Shown in pieces: positions 1 to 8,744 of a DNA stretch of 64,000 bases. The position numbers and the translations under genes are program-made. The notes under the pieces were generated by a model, which was given only the letters and a program-made list of their open reading frames with translations, was not told the DNA's origin and searched no databases. The stretch covers positions 43 through 64,042 of the forward strand of contig CAJUCX010000009.1 of the NCBI GenBank assembly GCA_910585195.1. Direction: 5' to 3'. Position 1 is the stretch's first letter. Every line of letters starts with the position of its first letter. The DNA comes from an uncultured Christensenellaceae bacterium. Lineage in GTDB: Bacteria > Bacillota > Clostridia > Christensenellales > CAG-314.

Positions 1-12
1 CACGCTCCACCA

Positions 13-49
13 AAAGCAATCTTAACTAGCAGTTTTGATTGCTTTTTTT
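13..49 (+). terminator. Rho-independent terminator of an off-window upstream + strand gene
   Basis: 9-bp stem aaagcaatc (13-21) / gattgcttt (37-45) running into a T7 tract (43-49). The loop is rather large (15 nt). Confidence 0.45.
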
Positions 50-88
50 GTATATATTTTTAACAAAAACGATATATACAACAAAATA

Positions 89-117
89 TTGACTTTTTTT
101 CGCAAAAAGTATAAACT
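89..117 (+). promoter_or_regulatory. Candidate sigmaA-type promoter of the glycosyltransferase gene
   Basis: TTGACT (89-94), 17-nt spacer, TAAACT (112-117). The ATG at 126 lies 8 nt after the -10 and has no Shine-Dalgarno, so a leaderless mRNA is possible. Confidence 0.35.
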
Positions 118-125
118 AATAATAT

Positions 126-1277
126 ATGATAAAAATCGGAATGTTCGTTGATAGTTTCTTTCCTATGGTGGACGGAGTTACCAACGTTGTGGATAATTAT
201 GCAAAACGGTTGAATGACGAAGAATTTGAAGTCGTTGTATTTTGCCCTAAAAATCGTGATAAAAAATACGTAGATAATTTTACTTATCGCGTGGAACGTT
301 GCAAATCTGTCAAAATCTTTTTTCTTGATTATGATATGCCTCTTCCGCGTTTTGACAGACGATACAAAAAAATTCTTAAAGAAAGCAATTTGGATATTGT
401 GCATATTCATTCCCCTTTCGGCGTGGCAAAAAGCGGATTGAGATATGCAAAAAAACATAAAATTCCGGCAATTGCTTTTTTACATTCTCAATTTAAGCAA
501 GATTTTTATGAAGGTTCTAAAAGCAAACTTATTACTGCTATAATGCTTAAATCAGTAATGAACACATTCAATCGTTGTGATGAATTTTATGCTGTAAATC
601 AAACAATTGCCGACGTATTTTTGGATTACGGTGCAAAACACCTTCCTCTTGTACAACGCAACAGCACGGATTTTATGCCAATAACTGATAGAGAGAAAGC
701 AATTTCATTAGTCAATGAAACTTATAATCTGAAAACAGATGAAACTGTATTTTTATTTGTCGGCAGAATTTGTAAATTGAAAAATATATTCTTTTTATGT
801 GATTCTCTTGCAAAGCTTGAAGATAAAAACTTCAAAATGATATTTGTAGGTACGGGGCAATCTGAAGATGCTCTAAAAAAATACGTGGAAAAATTAGGAC
901 TTGTCAATAATGTTATTTTTGCAGGCAGAATCGTTAACCGAGATTTATTGGCTGCACTATATTGCAGGGCAAAATTGTTTCTGTTTCCGTCAATGTATGA
1001 CACAAATTCACTTGTACAGATTGAAGCGGCATCTCAAAGTACACCAACGTTATTTTTGAAGGGCGCGGCAACTGCATCAACAGTTACAGAAGATGTTAAT
1101 GGATTTTTTGCCGATAATTCGCCTGAAGCCTATGCTAAAAAAATCGAAGAAATTTTGAATAATGACGAGTTGTATGAAGCCGTAAGCAAAGGTGCTTTCC
1201 GTGATTTATATATAAACTGGGATGATACGGTTGATATAATGAAAGGCATTTACAAAGAAATGATTAAAAATAAATAA
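126..1277 (+). CDS. Glycosyltransferase, GT4 / GT-B fold family
   Basis: 383-aa ORF. N-terminus MIKIGMFVDSFFPMVDGV and C-terminal FLFPSMYDTNSLVQIEAASQSTP (E-x7-E-like region) are typical of GT4 retaining glycosyltransferases. Confidence 0.85.
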   Translation: MIKIGMFVDSFFPMVDGVTNVVDNYAKRLNDEEFEVVVFCPKNRDKKYVDNFTYRVERCKSVKIFFLDYDMPLPRFDRRYKKILKESNLDIVHIHSPFGVAKSGLRYAKKHKIPAIAFLHSQFKQDFYEGSKSKLITAIMLKSVMNTFNRCDEFYAVNQTIADVFLDYGAKHLPLVQRNSTDFMPITDREKAISLVNETYNLKTDETVFLFVGRICKLKNIFFLCDSLAKLEDKNFKMIFVGTGQSEDALKKYVEKLGLVNNVIFAGRIVNRDLLAALYCRAKLFLFPSMYDTNSLVQIEAASQSTPTLFLKGAATASTVTEDVNGFFADNSPEAYAKKIEEILNNDELYEAVSKGAFRDLYINWDDTVDIMKGIYKEMIKNK

Positions 1278-1281
1278 TAGT

Positions 1282-1314
1282 AAAAACCGTTCCGTATTTA
1301 GCGGAACGGTTTTT
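1282..1314. terminator. Bidirectional rho-independent terminator between convergent genes
   Basis: Perfect 13-nt arms aaaaaccgttccg (1282-1294) / cggaacggttttt (1302-1314) with a 7-nt loop. A-run on one side and T-run on the other. Lies between the GT4 stop (1277) and the permease stop (1326). Confidence 0.8.
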
Positions 1315-1325
1315 ATTTTGTAAAA

Positions 1326-2123
1326 CTATTTGCTTTTATATTTTTTTCGGAAAGACAAAGTAATGCACATTATAAACAACGCCAAATAACATAACCAAAT
1401 TGAATCGGTATATATATCTTTTATTGTCAACGGCAATTCCGGAAATAGTTCATTTCTGTTAAAAATGTTTCCCAACGATGTCAGCCCCCACCGACTTACG
1501 CAAAAAATACTGAAAGTTTTAAGCAGACCGCTGAGTTCAATCGGATATCCTGCCATTACTACTTGCATTATTAAAACCAGCAAGACAGGTAATACTGCAC
1601 TGTCTGAACTTTTTAATATTGACGAAATAAATAAACCCGTTATTGCAGCCGTAAACATTACGAAAAACAAAGTAAACCAATACAGCAACTGAGTAAAAAT
1701 CGGATGCGGATTCGGAAAGTCAATAATCAAATTGCTGCCTATTGATAATATTAAACTTTGAATTAAGCAAACTGACCCCAAAACAAAAAGTTTTGACAGA
1801 AAATATGCCGTGATATCCAGTCCTGCATCATACTCTCTCAATAAAACTTCGCGCTCTTTGCAAACTTCTCTATATGCGTTCAAAAGCCCCATCATTGTTG
1901 ACATTAAGACGATAACAAACATTGCCGTATCGGCTTCGTAAAGAATTTCTGGTGATGAAAAACAATCGCGTCGGCAGACTAACGATAAAATTAACAGCAT
2001 AAGCGGAGCCTGCAGCATAAGCATAACGGCACTCACTTTGTCGCTCAAAATCAATTGATAATATCTGCGTACGCATACCTTAAAATGCGTAAAATTAAAA
2101 TTATTTTTCTTTTTTTTCAACAT
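1326..2123 (-). CDS. ABC-2 type transporter permease
   Basis: 265-aa polytopic membrane ORF. Its start overlaps the stop of the upstream ABC ATPase by 23 nt, the typical ABC-2 exporter arrangement. Confidence 0.75.
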   Translation of the reverse strand: MLKKKKNNFNFTHFKVCVRRYYQLILSDKVSAVMLMLQAPLMLLILSLVCRRDCFSSPEILYEADTAMFVIVLMSTMMGLLNAYREVCKEREVLLREYDAGLDITAYFLSKLFVLGSVCLIQSLILSIGSNLIIDFPNPHPIFTQLLYWFTLFFVMFTAAITGLFISSILKSSDSAVLPVLLVLIMQVVMAGYPIELSGLLKTFSIFCVSRWGLTSLGNIFNRNELFPELPLTIKDIYTDSIWLCYLALFIMCITLSFRKKYKSK

Positions 2124-3573
2124 AACCGTACAATCTTCTGTAACCGTCTATAAGTTTTTTATAATAATCTCCGCTGCGATATTTTTCAGCATACTGCAAT
2201 GCGATGGTTTCATCGCCTAATTTATAAAATATTTTAGAGTAATCTTGCATTTTGAAATATGACTTAATTTTATCAGGGCTGTCATAAAAGCAAAGTTTGC
2301 CGCCTTTACCCAAAAATGCAATTTTATCGCATAAATTTATGTTGTCCATTGTGTGAGTAATAATTATTATCGTTCGCCCGGATTTGCTTAAATCTTTAAG
2401 CAGTGACATAATTTCATAGTCTAAATCCGGACTCAACCCGCTTGTAGGCTCATCAAGATAAATTATTTTGGGGTTGGAAAGCAGTTCCATGGCAATGCTG
2501 ACACGCTTTTTTTGTCCTCCGCTTAAAAAAGATATTTTAAGGTGCTCTTTCCCCTCCAGCTTAACTTCTTTTATCACGCGTTTTACGATATCTTCTATTT
2601 CGCTGCGGGTAATGTCGTTTCTTATACGCATAGACGCGGTGTAACACAACGAATCGAATAATGGTAAATTTTCGTGCAAGATATCTTTTTGCGGAACGTA
2701 GCCAATAATCGGCTGATAGCAATTCATATTTTGATAAAAGTCGTTTGTGTCGTAATAAACGGTTCCGCCAGTCCCGGGTCTTCTGCCGTTTATACAATCT
2801 AGCAACGTACTTTTGCCGGCACCGCTGCCGCCTACTATACCTACAAAACTGCTTTTTTCTATACGAAAAGAAACGTTGTCTACAAGTCTTATTTTATTTT
2901 TCTTGTTTCCCTTGTCATATACGTCTTTTGTAATGTCTACTAAATCAACTTCTATACCGTTTTCGCTTTTACTGGAAAGTAATTTTTGATTAAAATAAAT
3001 GTAAGCGGACGACGGCACTTCTATACGGTCCTCATTTTTCAAAACGGCTTTTTTGATTTTTTTGTTATTTACGTAAGTACCGTTAGTACTTTTTAAGTCC
3101 TCAATAAAATGATGTTCTCCGTCAAAAATTATTCTTGCGTGGTGTCTGTCTGCTTGCGGATTATCTAAAACAATGTCGCAGTTTGCATCTCTGCCTATAA
3201 TAAACTCGGTTTTGCCTGTCAAAGAAATCGTGCGCTTTCTGTCGGTATTTAATTGTTGAGATTTGATTTCGCGCATAACTTCCAAAACCAAAAAATATTC
3301 GTCTTTTGCAAAAGTAATACTGTCCCCTGCGGATAGTTTTTTTGTTGAATTCTTCTTAAAATTTCGATTATTAAATTTTATGTAATCTTCTGCGCCTATA
3401 TTTTCCACATACCAGAATTTTGCTTTATAAAAAAACTTTAATTGTTGCGGACTTATTATTTTTAGTTTGCTTACAATATCGTTATTATGCTTTTTTCCGA
3501 AAGTAAATTCAAATTTATCCTCGCTTCCGAAAAAGTCATAACCGTTTTTATCTATAATCTTTAAGTGCATCAT
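2101..3573 (-). CDS. ABC transporter ATP-binding protein with two N-terminal FHA-like domains
   Basis: 490 aa. Canonical FHA core FIIGRDANCDIVLDNPQADRHHARIIFDGEHHFIEDLKSTNGTYVNNKKI, preceded by a degenerate FHA-like module. Walker A GGSGAGKST, signature LSGGQKKR, Walker B IIYLDEPTSGL. Confidence 0.85.
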   Translation of the reverse strand: MMHLKIIDKNGYDFFGSEDKFEFTFGKKHNNDIVSKLKIISPQQLKFFYKAKFWYVENIGAEDYIKFNNRNFKKNSTKKLSAGDSITFAKDEYFLVLEVMREIKSQQLNTDRKRTISLTGKTEFIIGRDANCDIVLDNPQADRHHARIIFDGEHHFIEDLKSTNGTYVNNKKIKKAVLKNEDRIEVPSSAYIYFNQKLLSSKSENGIEVDLVDITKDVYDKGNKKNKIRLVDNVSFRIEKSSFVGIVGGSGAGKSTLLDCINGRRPGTGGTVYYDTNDFYQNMNCYQPIIGYVPQKDILHENLPLFDSLCYTASMRIRNDITRSEIEDIVKRVIKEVKLEGKEHLKISFLSGGQKKRVSIAMELLSNPKIIYLDEPTSGLSPDLDYEIMSLLKDLSKSGRTIIIITHTMDNINLCDKIAFLGKGGKLCFYDSPDKIKSYFKMQDYSKIFYKLGDETIALQYAEKYRSGDYYKKLIDGYRRLYGYVEKKEK

Positions 3574-3580
3574 TATAAAT

Positions 3581-3609
3581 ATTATAACTTATTAGTTTTT
3601 TTTAGACAA
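3581..3609 (-). promoter_or_regulatory. Candidate promoter of the FHA-ABC operon (possibly a leaderless transcript)
   Basis: Minus strand: TTGTCT (3609-3604), 17 nt, TATAAT (3586-3581). The ATG at 3573 lies 7 nt after the -10 and has no SD upstream. Confidence 0.45.
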
Positions 3610-3634
3610 CAAAAAACCTGCACATGCAGGTTTT
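3605..3634 (-). terminator. Rho-independent terminator of mgtE
   Basis: Minus-strand RNA UAAAACCUGCAUGUGCAGGUUUUUUGUUGU, a GC-containing hairpin directly after the stop codon followed by a U-tract. Confidence 0.7.
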
Positions 3635-5159
3635 ATGTCAACAGCGCCACGGCAATATTGCAATAAATAATCAAAGACAATGCGTCGACGATGGTTGTTA
3701 TAAACGGGCTTGCTACAACTGCAGGGTCAAGATGGCATTTTTTTGCCAACAACGGCAGCGTACAGCCGATTACTTTGGCTATAACAACCGTAATGAACAT
3801 TGCCAAACAAACTACAAAGGCAATTAGTAAGTCGTTGTAGAGTTGATTTATGAGCATCAATTTTGCAAAGCAGGCAATAGATAATGTGGCACCAAGCAAA
3901 ACGGAAACGCGAATTTCTTTCCATAATACTTTTAATATGTCTTTGAATGCAACTTCGTTTAATGCAAGCCCGCGAATGATAGTAACAGAAGCTTGACTTC
4001 CCGCGTTGCCGCCTGTGTCCATAAGCATCGGTATACATGCAGTTAATGTTATGGAAAATGCTAATGTTGCTTCATATGACTCGATAATCATACCGGTAAA
4101 CGTTGCCGAGACCATAAGCAACATCAGCCACGGTACGCGGTTTAACCATAAGCGCCAAACGCTGGTTTTTAAGTAAGGCTTATCGTTAGGCGTAATTGCC
4201 GCCATTTTTGAAATATCTTCGGTGTTCTCTTCCTGCAAAATATCCATTGCATCGTCGATTGTGATAATACCGACCAAGCGATAATCTTTATCAACAACAG
4301 GCAATGCCAAAAAGTCGTATTTATCAAACTGACGGGCAACAACTTCCCTATCTGTATCCGTTTCTACTGAAACAAAGTTTGTTTCCATTATGGAGGAGAT
4401 TTTTGTATCCATATCGCTGAGCATCAAAGTTTTTGCGCTTACAACACCCAACAATTTGCGTTTTTCGTCTGTTACGTAACAGGTATAAACGGTTTCACTG
4501 TCGACACCCGTTCTGCGTATTTTATCAAATGCCTGCGAAACCGTAAATTCTGCTTTAAGACTTACGTATTCGACAGTCATTATACTGCCGGCGCTGTCTT
4601 TTGGATATTTGAGAATTTGATTTATATTTTCTCTTGTGCTTTTGTCCGCCTGCGCCAACATTCTTATTACGATATTTGCAGGCATATCTTCGATTATATC
4701 TACGGCATCGTCGACAAACAGTTCATCCATCATTATTTGTAATTCTTTGTCGCTGAAAGCCTTAATCAATATTTCTTGAAAGTGGCTGTCAAGTTCTACA
4801 AAAGTATCCGCTGCTATATCGCGCGGTAACAACCTGAAAACAAACGGCAACTGTCCTTCCGGTATTTGGGTAAAAAATATAGCAAGGTCGGTAGGCTCCA
4901 TTTCCGCAAGCAACGGTTTTAAGTCAAGAAAATATTTTTCTTCAAATAAACCTTCTGCGAGCAATTCACGGATGTTGATATCCATTTCGATAAAGGCTTC
5001 GAGTGCAAGGTTTTTTGGCAACAATCGAAATACGTCCACTAAGGAATCTTCCGGCAGCAAAGTTAAAAACTCTGCAATATCTTCTGCGGTTTCTTCGCTT
5101 AAAATATGTTTAAGTTCATCAATTTGATTGTTTTCAAGCAAAGTCAACAATTGTTTCAT
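3633..5159 (-). CDS. mgtE: Magnesium transporter MgtE
   Basis: 508 aa with an N-domain, tandem CBS region, and C-terminal TM domain with the MgtE-typical DTGGNAGSQ motif. Preceded by an M-box and SD AGGAGGGG. Confidence 0.92.
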   Translation of the reverse strand: MKQLLTLLENNQIDELKHILSEETAEDIAEFLTLLPEDSLVDVFRLLPKNLALEAFIEMDINIRELLAEGLFEEKYFLDLKPLLAEMEPTDLAIFFTQIPEGQLPFVFRLLPRDIAADTFVELDSHFQEILIKAFSDKELQIMMDELFVDDAVDIIEDMPANIVIRMLAQADKSTRENINQILKYPKDSAGSIMTVEYVSLKAEFTVSQAFDKIRRTGVDSETVYTCYVTDEKRKLLGVVSAKTLMLSDMDTKISSIMETNFVSVETDTDREVVARQFDKYDFLALPVVDKDYRLVGIITIDDAMDILQEENTEDISKMAAITPNDKPYLKTSVWRLWLNRVPWLMLLMVSATFTGMIIESYEATLAFSITLTACIPMLMDTGGNAGSQASVTIIRGLALNEVAFKDILKVLWKEIRVSVLLGATLSIACFAKLMLINQLYNDLLIAFVVCLAMFITVVIAKVIGCTLPLLAKKCHLDPAVVASPFITTIVDALSLIIYCNIAVALLT

Positions 5160-5181
5160 TTACCCCTCCTTTGGCAGGACG

Positions 5182-5218
5182 AAAAAAGACCTTGCCAAAG
5201 CACAAACAATGACAAGGT
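5182..5218 (-). terminator. Expression-platform terminator of the M-box riboswitch
   Basis: Minus-strand RNA ACCUUGUCA-loop-UGGCAAGGU (9 bp) followed by CUUUUUUC, located between the M-box aptamer and the mgtE SD. Confidence 0.75.
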
Positions 5219-5237
5219 TAAACAACAAGTTTAATAT

Positions 5238-5382
5238 TTCATCGTTCAAGCTTTAGCATCACAGGGCAGTGAAATTGCATTAGGTTACGCCTTGTTTTCG
5301 ACATAGCCTGCTGACCAACTCAAAGTGTCTCCACCTCTCTGCGGCAGCAATCCGTATCCCTGTGGTAGCCTTACCTACCGAA
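5238..5382 (-). promoter_or_regulatory. M-box (ykoK leader) Mg2+ riboswitch aptamer
   Basis: Minus strand reads GGTAGGTAAGGCTACCACAGGGATACGGATTGCTGCCGCAGAGAGG...GGTCAGCAGGCTATGTCGAAAACAAGGCG...CTGCCCTGTGATGCTAAAGCTTGAACGATGAA. This matches my recollection of the B. subtilis mgtE M-box (GTTAGGTGAGGCTCCTGTATGGAGATACGCTGCTGCC...GTGCTAAAGCTCTACGATTGAAG). It sits upstream of mgtE. Confidence 0.9.
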
Positions 5383-5401
5383 TTTTTTACTTACATATAT
5401 T

Positions 5402-5430
5402 GTTATATGAAAAATCGTAAATTTTGTCAA
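5402..5430 (-). promoter_or_regulatory. SigmaA-type promoter driving M-box-mgtE
   Basis: Minus strand: TTGACA (5430-5425), 17 nt, TATAAC (5407-5402), about 15-20 nt upstream of the aptamer 5' end. Confidence 0.6.
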
Positions 5431-5451
5431 CAATATAATATAAACTTTAAT

Positions 5452-5478
5452 AAAAAAGTCTCTCAAAAGAGAGACTTT
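5452..5478 (-). terminator. Rho-independent terminator of the ispH-S1 gene
   Basis: 10-bp stem aaagtctctc / gagagacttt with a 4-nt loop. On the minus strand it is followed by UUUUUUAUU. Lies 10 nt after the stop at 5489. Confidence 0.8.
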
Positions 5479-5488
5479 AATTTTTTAA

Positions 5489-7438
5489 TTATTCTTGCTT
5501 AGCGTCCGTATCCTTTGGTTGTTCCATAGTTGCTTTTCTGGAAAGCGTTACGCGTTTGCTTTCAAGATTAAATTCCGTAATGGCAACGTCGATTTCATCG
5601 CCTACTTTAAGAACTTTCTTTATATCGTCGACCCATTCCCACGAAACGTTGGAAACGTGCAGCAAACCGTCGACACCCGGTTCGATTTCCACAAATGCGC
5701 CAAACGGAAGTATTCTCGCGACCTTACCTTTGGTAACGCTGCCGACAGGATATTTTTCAAATGCAAGTTGCCATGGGTCAGGCAAAAGCTGTTTGTAACC
5801 TATCGAAACTCTGTTTGATTCTCTATCAAGTTTAAGAACTACAAATTCATAAGTTTTGTTAAGTTCCAAAACTTCGGAAGGTTCTTTAACAGGCGTCCAA
5901 GACAAATCGCTTATGTGCGCGAGACAGTCAAAACCGCGTACGTTTACGAATGCGCCGAATGATGCAAATCTTACAACTTGACCTTCTACGATTTCGCCAA
6001 CTTCAATGTTTTGCCAGAAATTATCTTCTTTTGCTTTCTTTTCCGCTTCGAGAATTACTTTTTGACTTGCAACGATTTTTTTCTTGCCGTCGTCAATTCC
6101 GTCAGGCAAAGCAACGAGTCTGAGTTTTTTGCCAACGTATTTTGATAAGTCTTTTACAAATCCCGAACGAATTTGAGAAGCCGGTATAAATACCGTATAA
6201 CTGCCGAGTTTTGAAAGTAAACCGCCCTTAACTTCTTTTGTTGCGGTAACCGAAAACTCTTCACCGTTTTTAATGCCTTCTATTAAAGCATCGTCTTTAT
6301 AAAGTTCGTCAATGGCTTTTTTGGAAAGTATGATATCTTTGTCAGCCGACAATACAACAACTTCGATAACGTCGCCAACCTTTAATGATTTTTTTACAGC
6401 CTGATAATCTTCTTCAATGGTGATTTCTTCATTAGGGATAAATCCGCCTTTTTTTGAAGTATCCAAAGTAAGGTTAATTCCGTCGTTGCCTATAAAAGAA
6501 ATTCTGCCTTTGAGTTTTTGTCCTTTACGCAATGCTCTGATGTTCAGATTTTCAATTGCATTTTCAAATAACTGTTTATCGGTTGTGATAGTTTCGACTT
6601 TGTTGTCTTTTGTTTGTTCAGCCATATTCGCTAAAACCTCCTCAATCAACTCTTTGGGAGTTGATGCGCCTGCTATTATTCCTAAATTTTCTGTATGCGA
6701 AAAATCAAAATCAAACAATTCTTCAACACTTTCAATACATACGGTATTTTTGCAGTTTGCCAAGCAAATCTCGGCAAGCCGCTTTGTGTTTGAACTGTTT
6801 TTGCCGCCGACGACAATGACAGAATCACATTGCAATGATATGTCGGAGGCATATTTTTGCCTTTCCGTTGTAGTATAGCAAATTGTATTAAAAATTTCAA
6901 GCGTTTTAACATTATCTTTCACAAGATTTTGTAAAGCAGTTTCCACTTTATCAATGTTAAAAGTAGTTTGAAACATTACAAAAACCTTTTCAAAACTATT
7001 CAATTCGAGTTTATTTTCGCCGTTTGTAATAATAGCCGTATTGTCGCACCATCCGTTTACGCCAATCATTTCCGGATGATTTTCATTTCCTATCAGTACT
7101 ATTTTGTAGCCGTTTTTATAATACTCTAGCGCCTTATCGTGTAAAATTTTTACAAACTGACAAGTTGTGTCTACTACTTTTATTTCATGCTCTTTGCAAT
7201 AATCGAAAACCTGCTTTCCTGCGCCGTGCGCGGTTATAATCAAAATGTCGCCGCTTTTTAGTTTTGACAAATCTTTTTCTATCTTTACACCTTTTTGTGC
7301 CAGTTCGGCAACAACAATCGGGTTATGTACGATTTCGCCGTAACAATAAACGTTTGCTCCGGCATACTTAAAAGCAGTTTGTACGGCTTTATTTACGCCG
7401 GAGCAAAATCCGTTATATTTAGGTTGAAGTATTTTCAA
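5489..7438 (-). CDS. ispH: Bifunctional 4-hydroxy-3-methylbut-2-enyl diphosphate reductase (IspH/LytB) fused to S1 RNA-binding domains (ribosomal protein S1-like)
   Basis: 649 aa. The N-terminal ~280 aa is IspH-like (GFCSGVNKAV, HNP, ITAHG, NTIC). The C-terminal ~370 aa carries repeated S1 motifs (GxVxxxxxFGAFVxI/V, e.g. FASFGAFVNV, LPFGAFVEI). cmk-plsC-S1 synteny. Confidence 0.9.
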   Translation of the reverse strand: MKILQPKYNGFCSGVNKAVQTAFKYAGANVYCYGEIVHNPIVVAELAQKGVKIEKDLSKLKSGDILIITAHGAGKQVFDYCKEHEIKVVDTTCQFVKILHDKALEYYKNGYKIVLIGNENHPEMIGVNGWCDNTAIITNGENKLELNSFEKVFVMFQTTFNIDKVETALQNLVKDNVKTLEIFNTICYTTTERQKYASDISLQCDSVIVVGGKNSSNTKRLAEICLANCKNTVCIESVEELFDFDFSHTENLGIIAGASTPKELIEEVLANMAEQTKDNKVETITTDKQLFENAIENLNIRALRKGQKLKGRISFIGNDGINLTLDTSKKGGFIPNEEITIEEDYQAVKKSLKVGDVIEVVVLSADKDIILSKKAIDELYKDDALIEGIKNGEEFSVTATKEVKGGLLSKLGSYTVFIPASQIRSGFVKDLSKYVGKKLRLVALPDGIDDGKKKIVASQKVILEAEKKAKEDNFWQNIEVGEIVEGQVVRFASFGAFVNVRGFDCLAHISDLSWTPVKEPSEVLELNKTYEFVVLKLDRESNRVSIGYKQLLPDPWQLAFEKYPVGSVTKGKVARILPFGAFVEIEPGVDGLLHVSNVSWEWVDDIKKVLKVGDEIDVAITEFNLESKRVTLSRKATMEQPKDTDAKQE

Positions 7439-8066
7439 TTTTCTTCACCCCTTTTTCTATAAGAATATTATTTAATTTTTTGTGTAAAATTTCAAATTGT
7501 TCTTCAACAATCTTTGTTGCTTCGTCCAGCAATTCGTTATTTACTCTTTGACCGTAATATTGCGATAATTCAAACTCGTCGCCTATTGTGAAGTAATTGC
7601 GTCTCAAAAATTTGGGCTTTCTGTAAAAAAGCGCTACTCGTATAGGCGCTTTCGATTTAATTGCAAGCATTGCCAAGCCGTGCCTTATTTGAAGCATTTC
7701 GGCATCGGCATTTTCTTTATTGCGAGTTCCTTCCGGAAAAAGCGCAAATATTTTTTCGTTTTTAAGCAAAGTCAATGCGGCTTTTACCGAAGAAATATCC
7801 GCTTCGCCTCTTTTTACAGGAACAACACCTAGTCTACGCAAAAACCACCCTAAAAACTTATTTTTGAATAATTCTTGCTTTGCCCAAAAATGCAGTTGCG
7901 GCTTTATATGGCACGCAACGATAATCGGGTCAAAATTTGAATAGTGATTTATCGCAAGCAAAGTTTTTTTATTGTCAAGTTTTTTAGGACCGAGAATCTT
8001 TGTCGGACAAAATAATCTAATTGCCCAACCGAAAATTATCCTCATACAACGATAAAATTTTGTCAT
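7419..8066 (-). CDS. plsC: 1-acyl-sn-glycerol-3-phosphate acyltransferase
   Basis: 215 aa with acyltransferase motifs NHYSNFD (HX4D-type block) and FPEGTR. Confidence 0.88.
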   Translation of the reverse strand: MTKFYRCMRIIFGWAIRLFCPTKILGPKKLDNKKTLLAINHYSNFDPIIVACHIKPQLHFWAKQELFKNKFLGWFLRRLGVVPVKRGEADISSVKAALTLLKNEKIFALFPEGTRNKENADAEMLQIRHGLAMLAIKSKAPIRVALFYRKPKFLRRNYFTIGDEFELSQYYGQRVNNELLDEATKIVEEQFEILHKKLNNILIEKGVKKIENTST

Positions 8067-8068
8067 AA

Positions 8069-8722
8069 TTATTTAATTTTGCTTAATAATTCTTTGACAA
8101 CGTCGTCTATTGACATTGTTGTTGTGTCAAATTCGTAAGCATCGTCTGCTTTTTTAAGCGGAGCAAATTCCCTTTCGGAGTCGTTTTTGTCGCGTACTAT
8201 TATATTTTGTAAAACTTCTTCAAAAGAAATATTTTGCCCTTTTTCCGACAACTCTTTATAGCGTCTTTTAGCGCGTTCTTCCGCCGTTGCGGTAATATAA
8301 AATTTGTATTTGGCATTAGGCAAAACGTAAGTGCCGATATCTCTGCCGTCCAAAATACAGTCGTTGTTTTTTGCAATTTCGCGCTGAATTTCCACAAGTT
8401 TTATTCTTACGGCGGGAATTGCCGAAACATCGCTTGCCGCCATAGAAACGTCGTTCTGTCTTATATATTGAGTTATATTTTCTCCGTCTAAAAATATATT
8501 TTGAACGCCGTCGATATATTTTATTTCAACAGATGTATCTTTCAATATGCTTTCAATTTGTTGGCTGTTTTTGGTGTCAAGACTTTGTTTTAATGCCTTA
8601 AAACCTATTGCTCTGTACATGGCCCCTGTGTCCAGATATAATATACCGAGTTTTTTAGCAACAATTTTAGCAGCGGTACTTTTACCTGCGCCTGCAGGCC
8701 CGTCAATAGCAATATTTTTCAT
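8069..8722 (-). CDS. cmk: Cytidylate kinase
   Basis: MKNIAIDGPAGAGKST P-loop. The start at the internal ATG 8722 has SD GAGGAAAG and avoids overlap with the upstream gene. The track ORF extends to 8791. Confidence 0.92.
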   Translation of the reverse strand: MKNIAIDGPAGAGKSTAAKIVAKKLGILYLDTGAMYRAIGFKALKQSLDTKNSQQIESILKDTSVEIKYIDGVQNIFLDGENITQYIRQNDVSMAASDVSAIPAVRIKLVEIQREIAKNNDCILDGRDIGTYVLPNAKYKFYITATAEERAKRRYKELSEKGQNISFEEVLQNIIVRDKNDSEREFAPLKKADDAYEFDTTTMSIDDVVKELLSKIK

Positions 8723-8744
8723 TAAACTTTCCTCGCTTGTTTTT

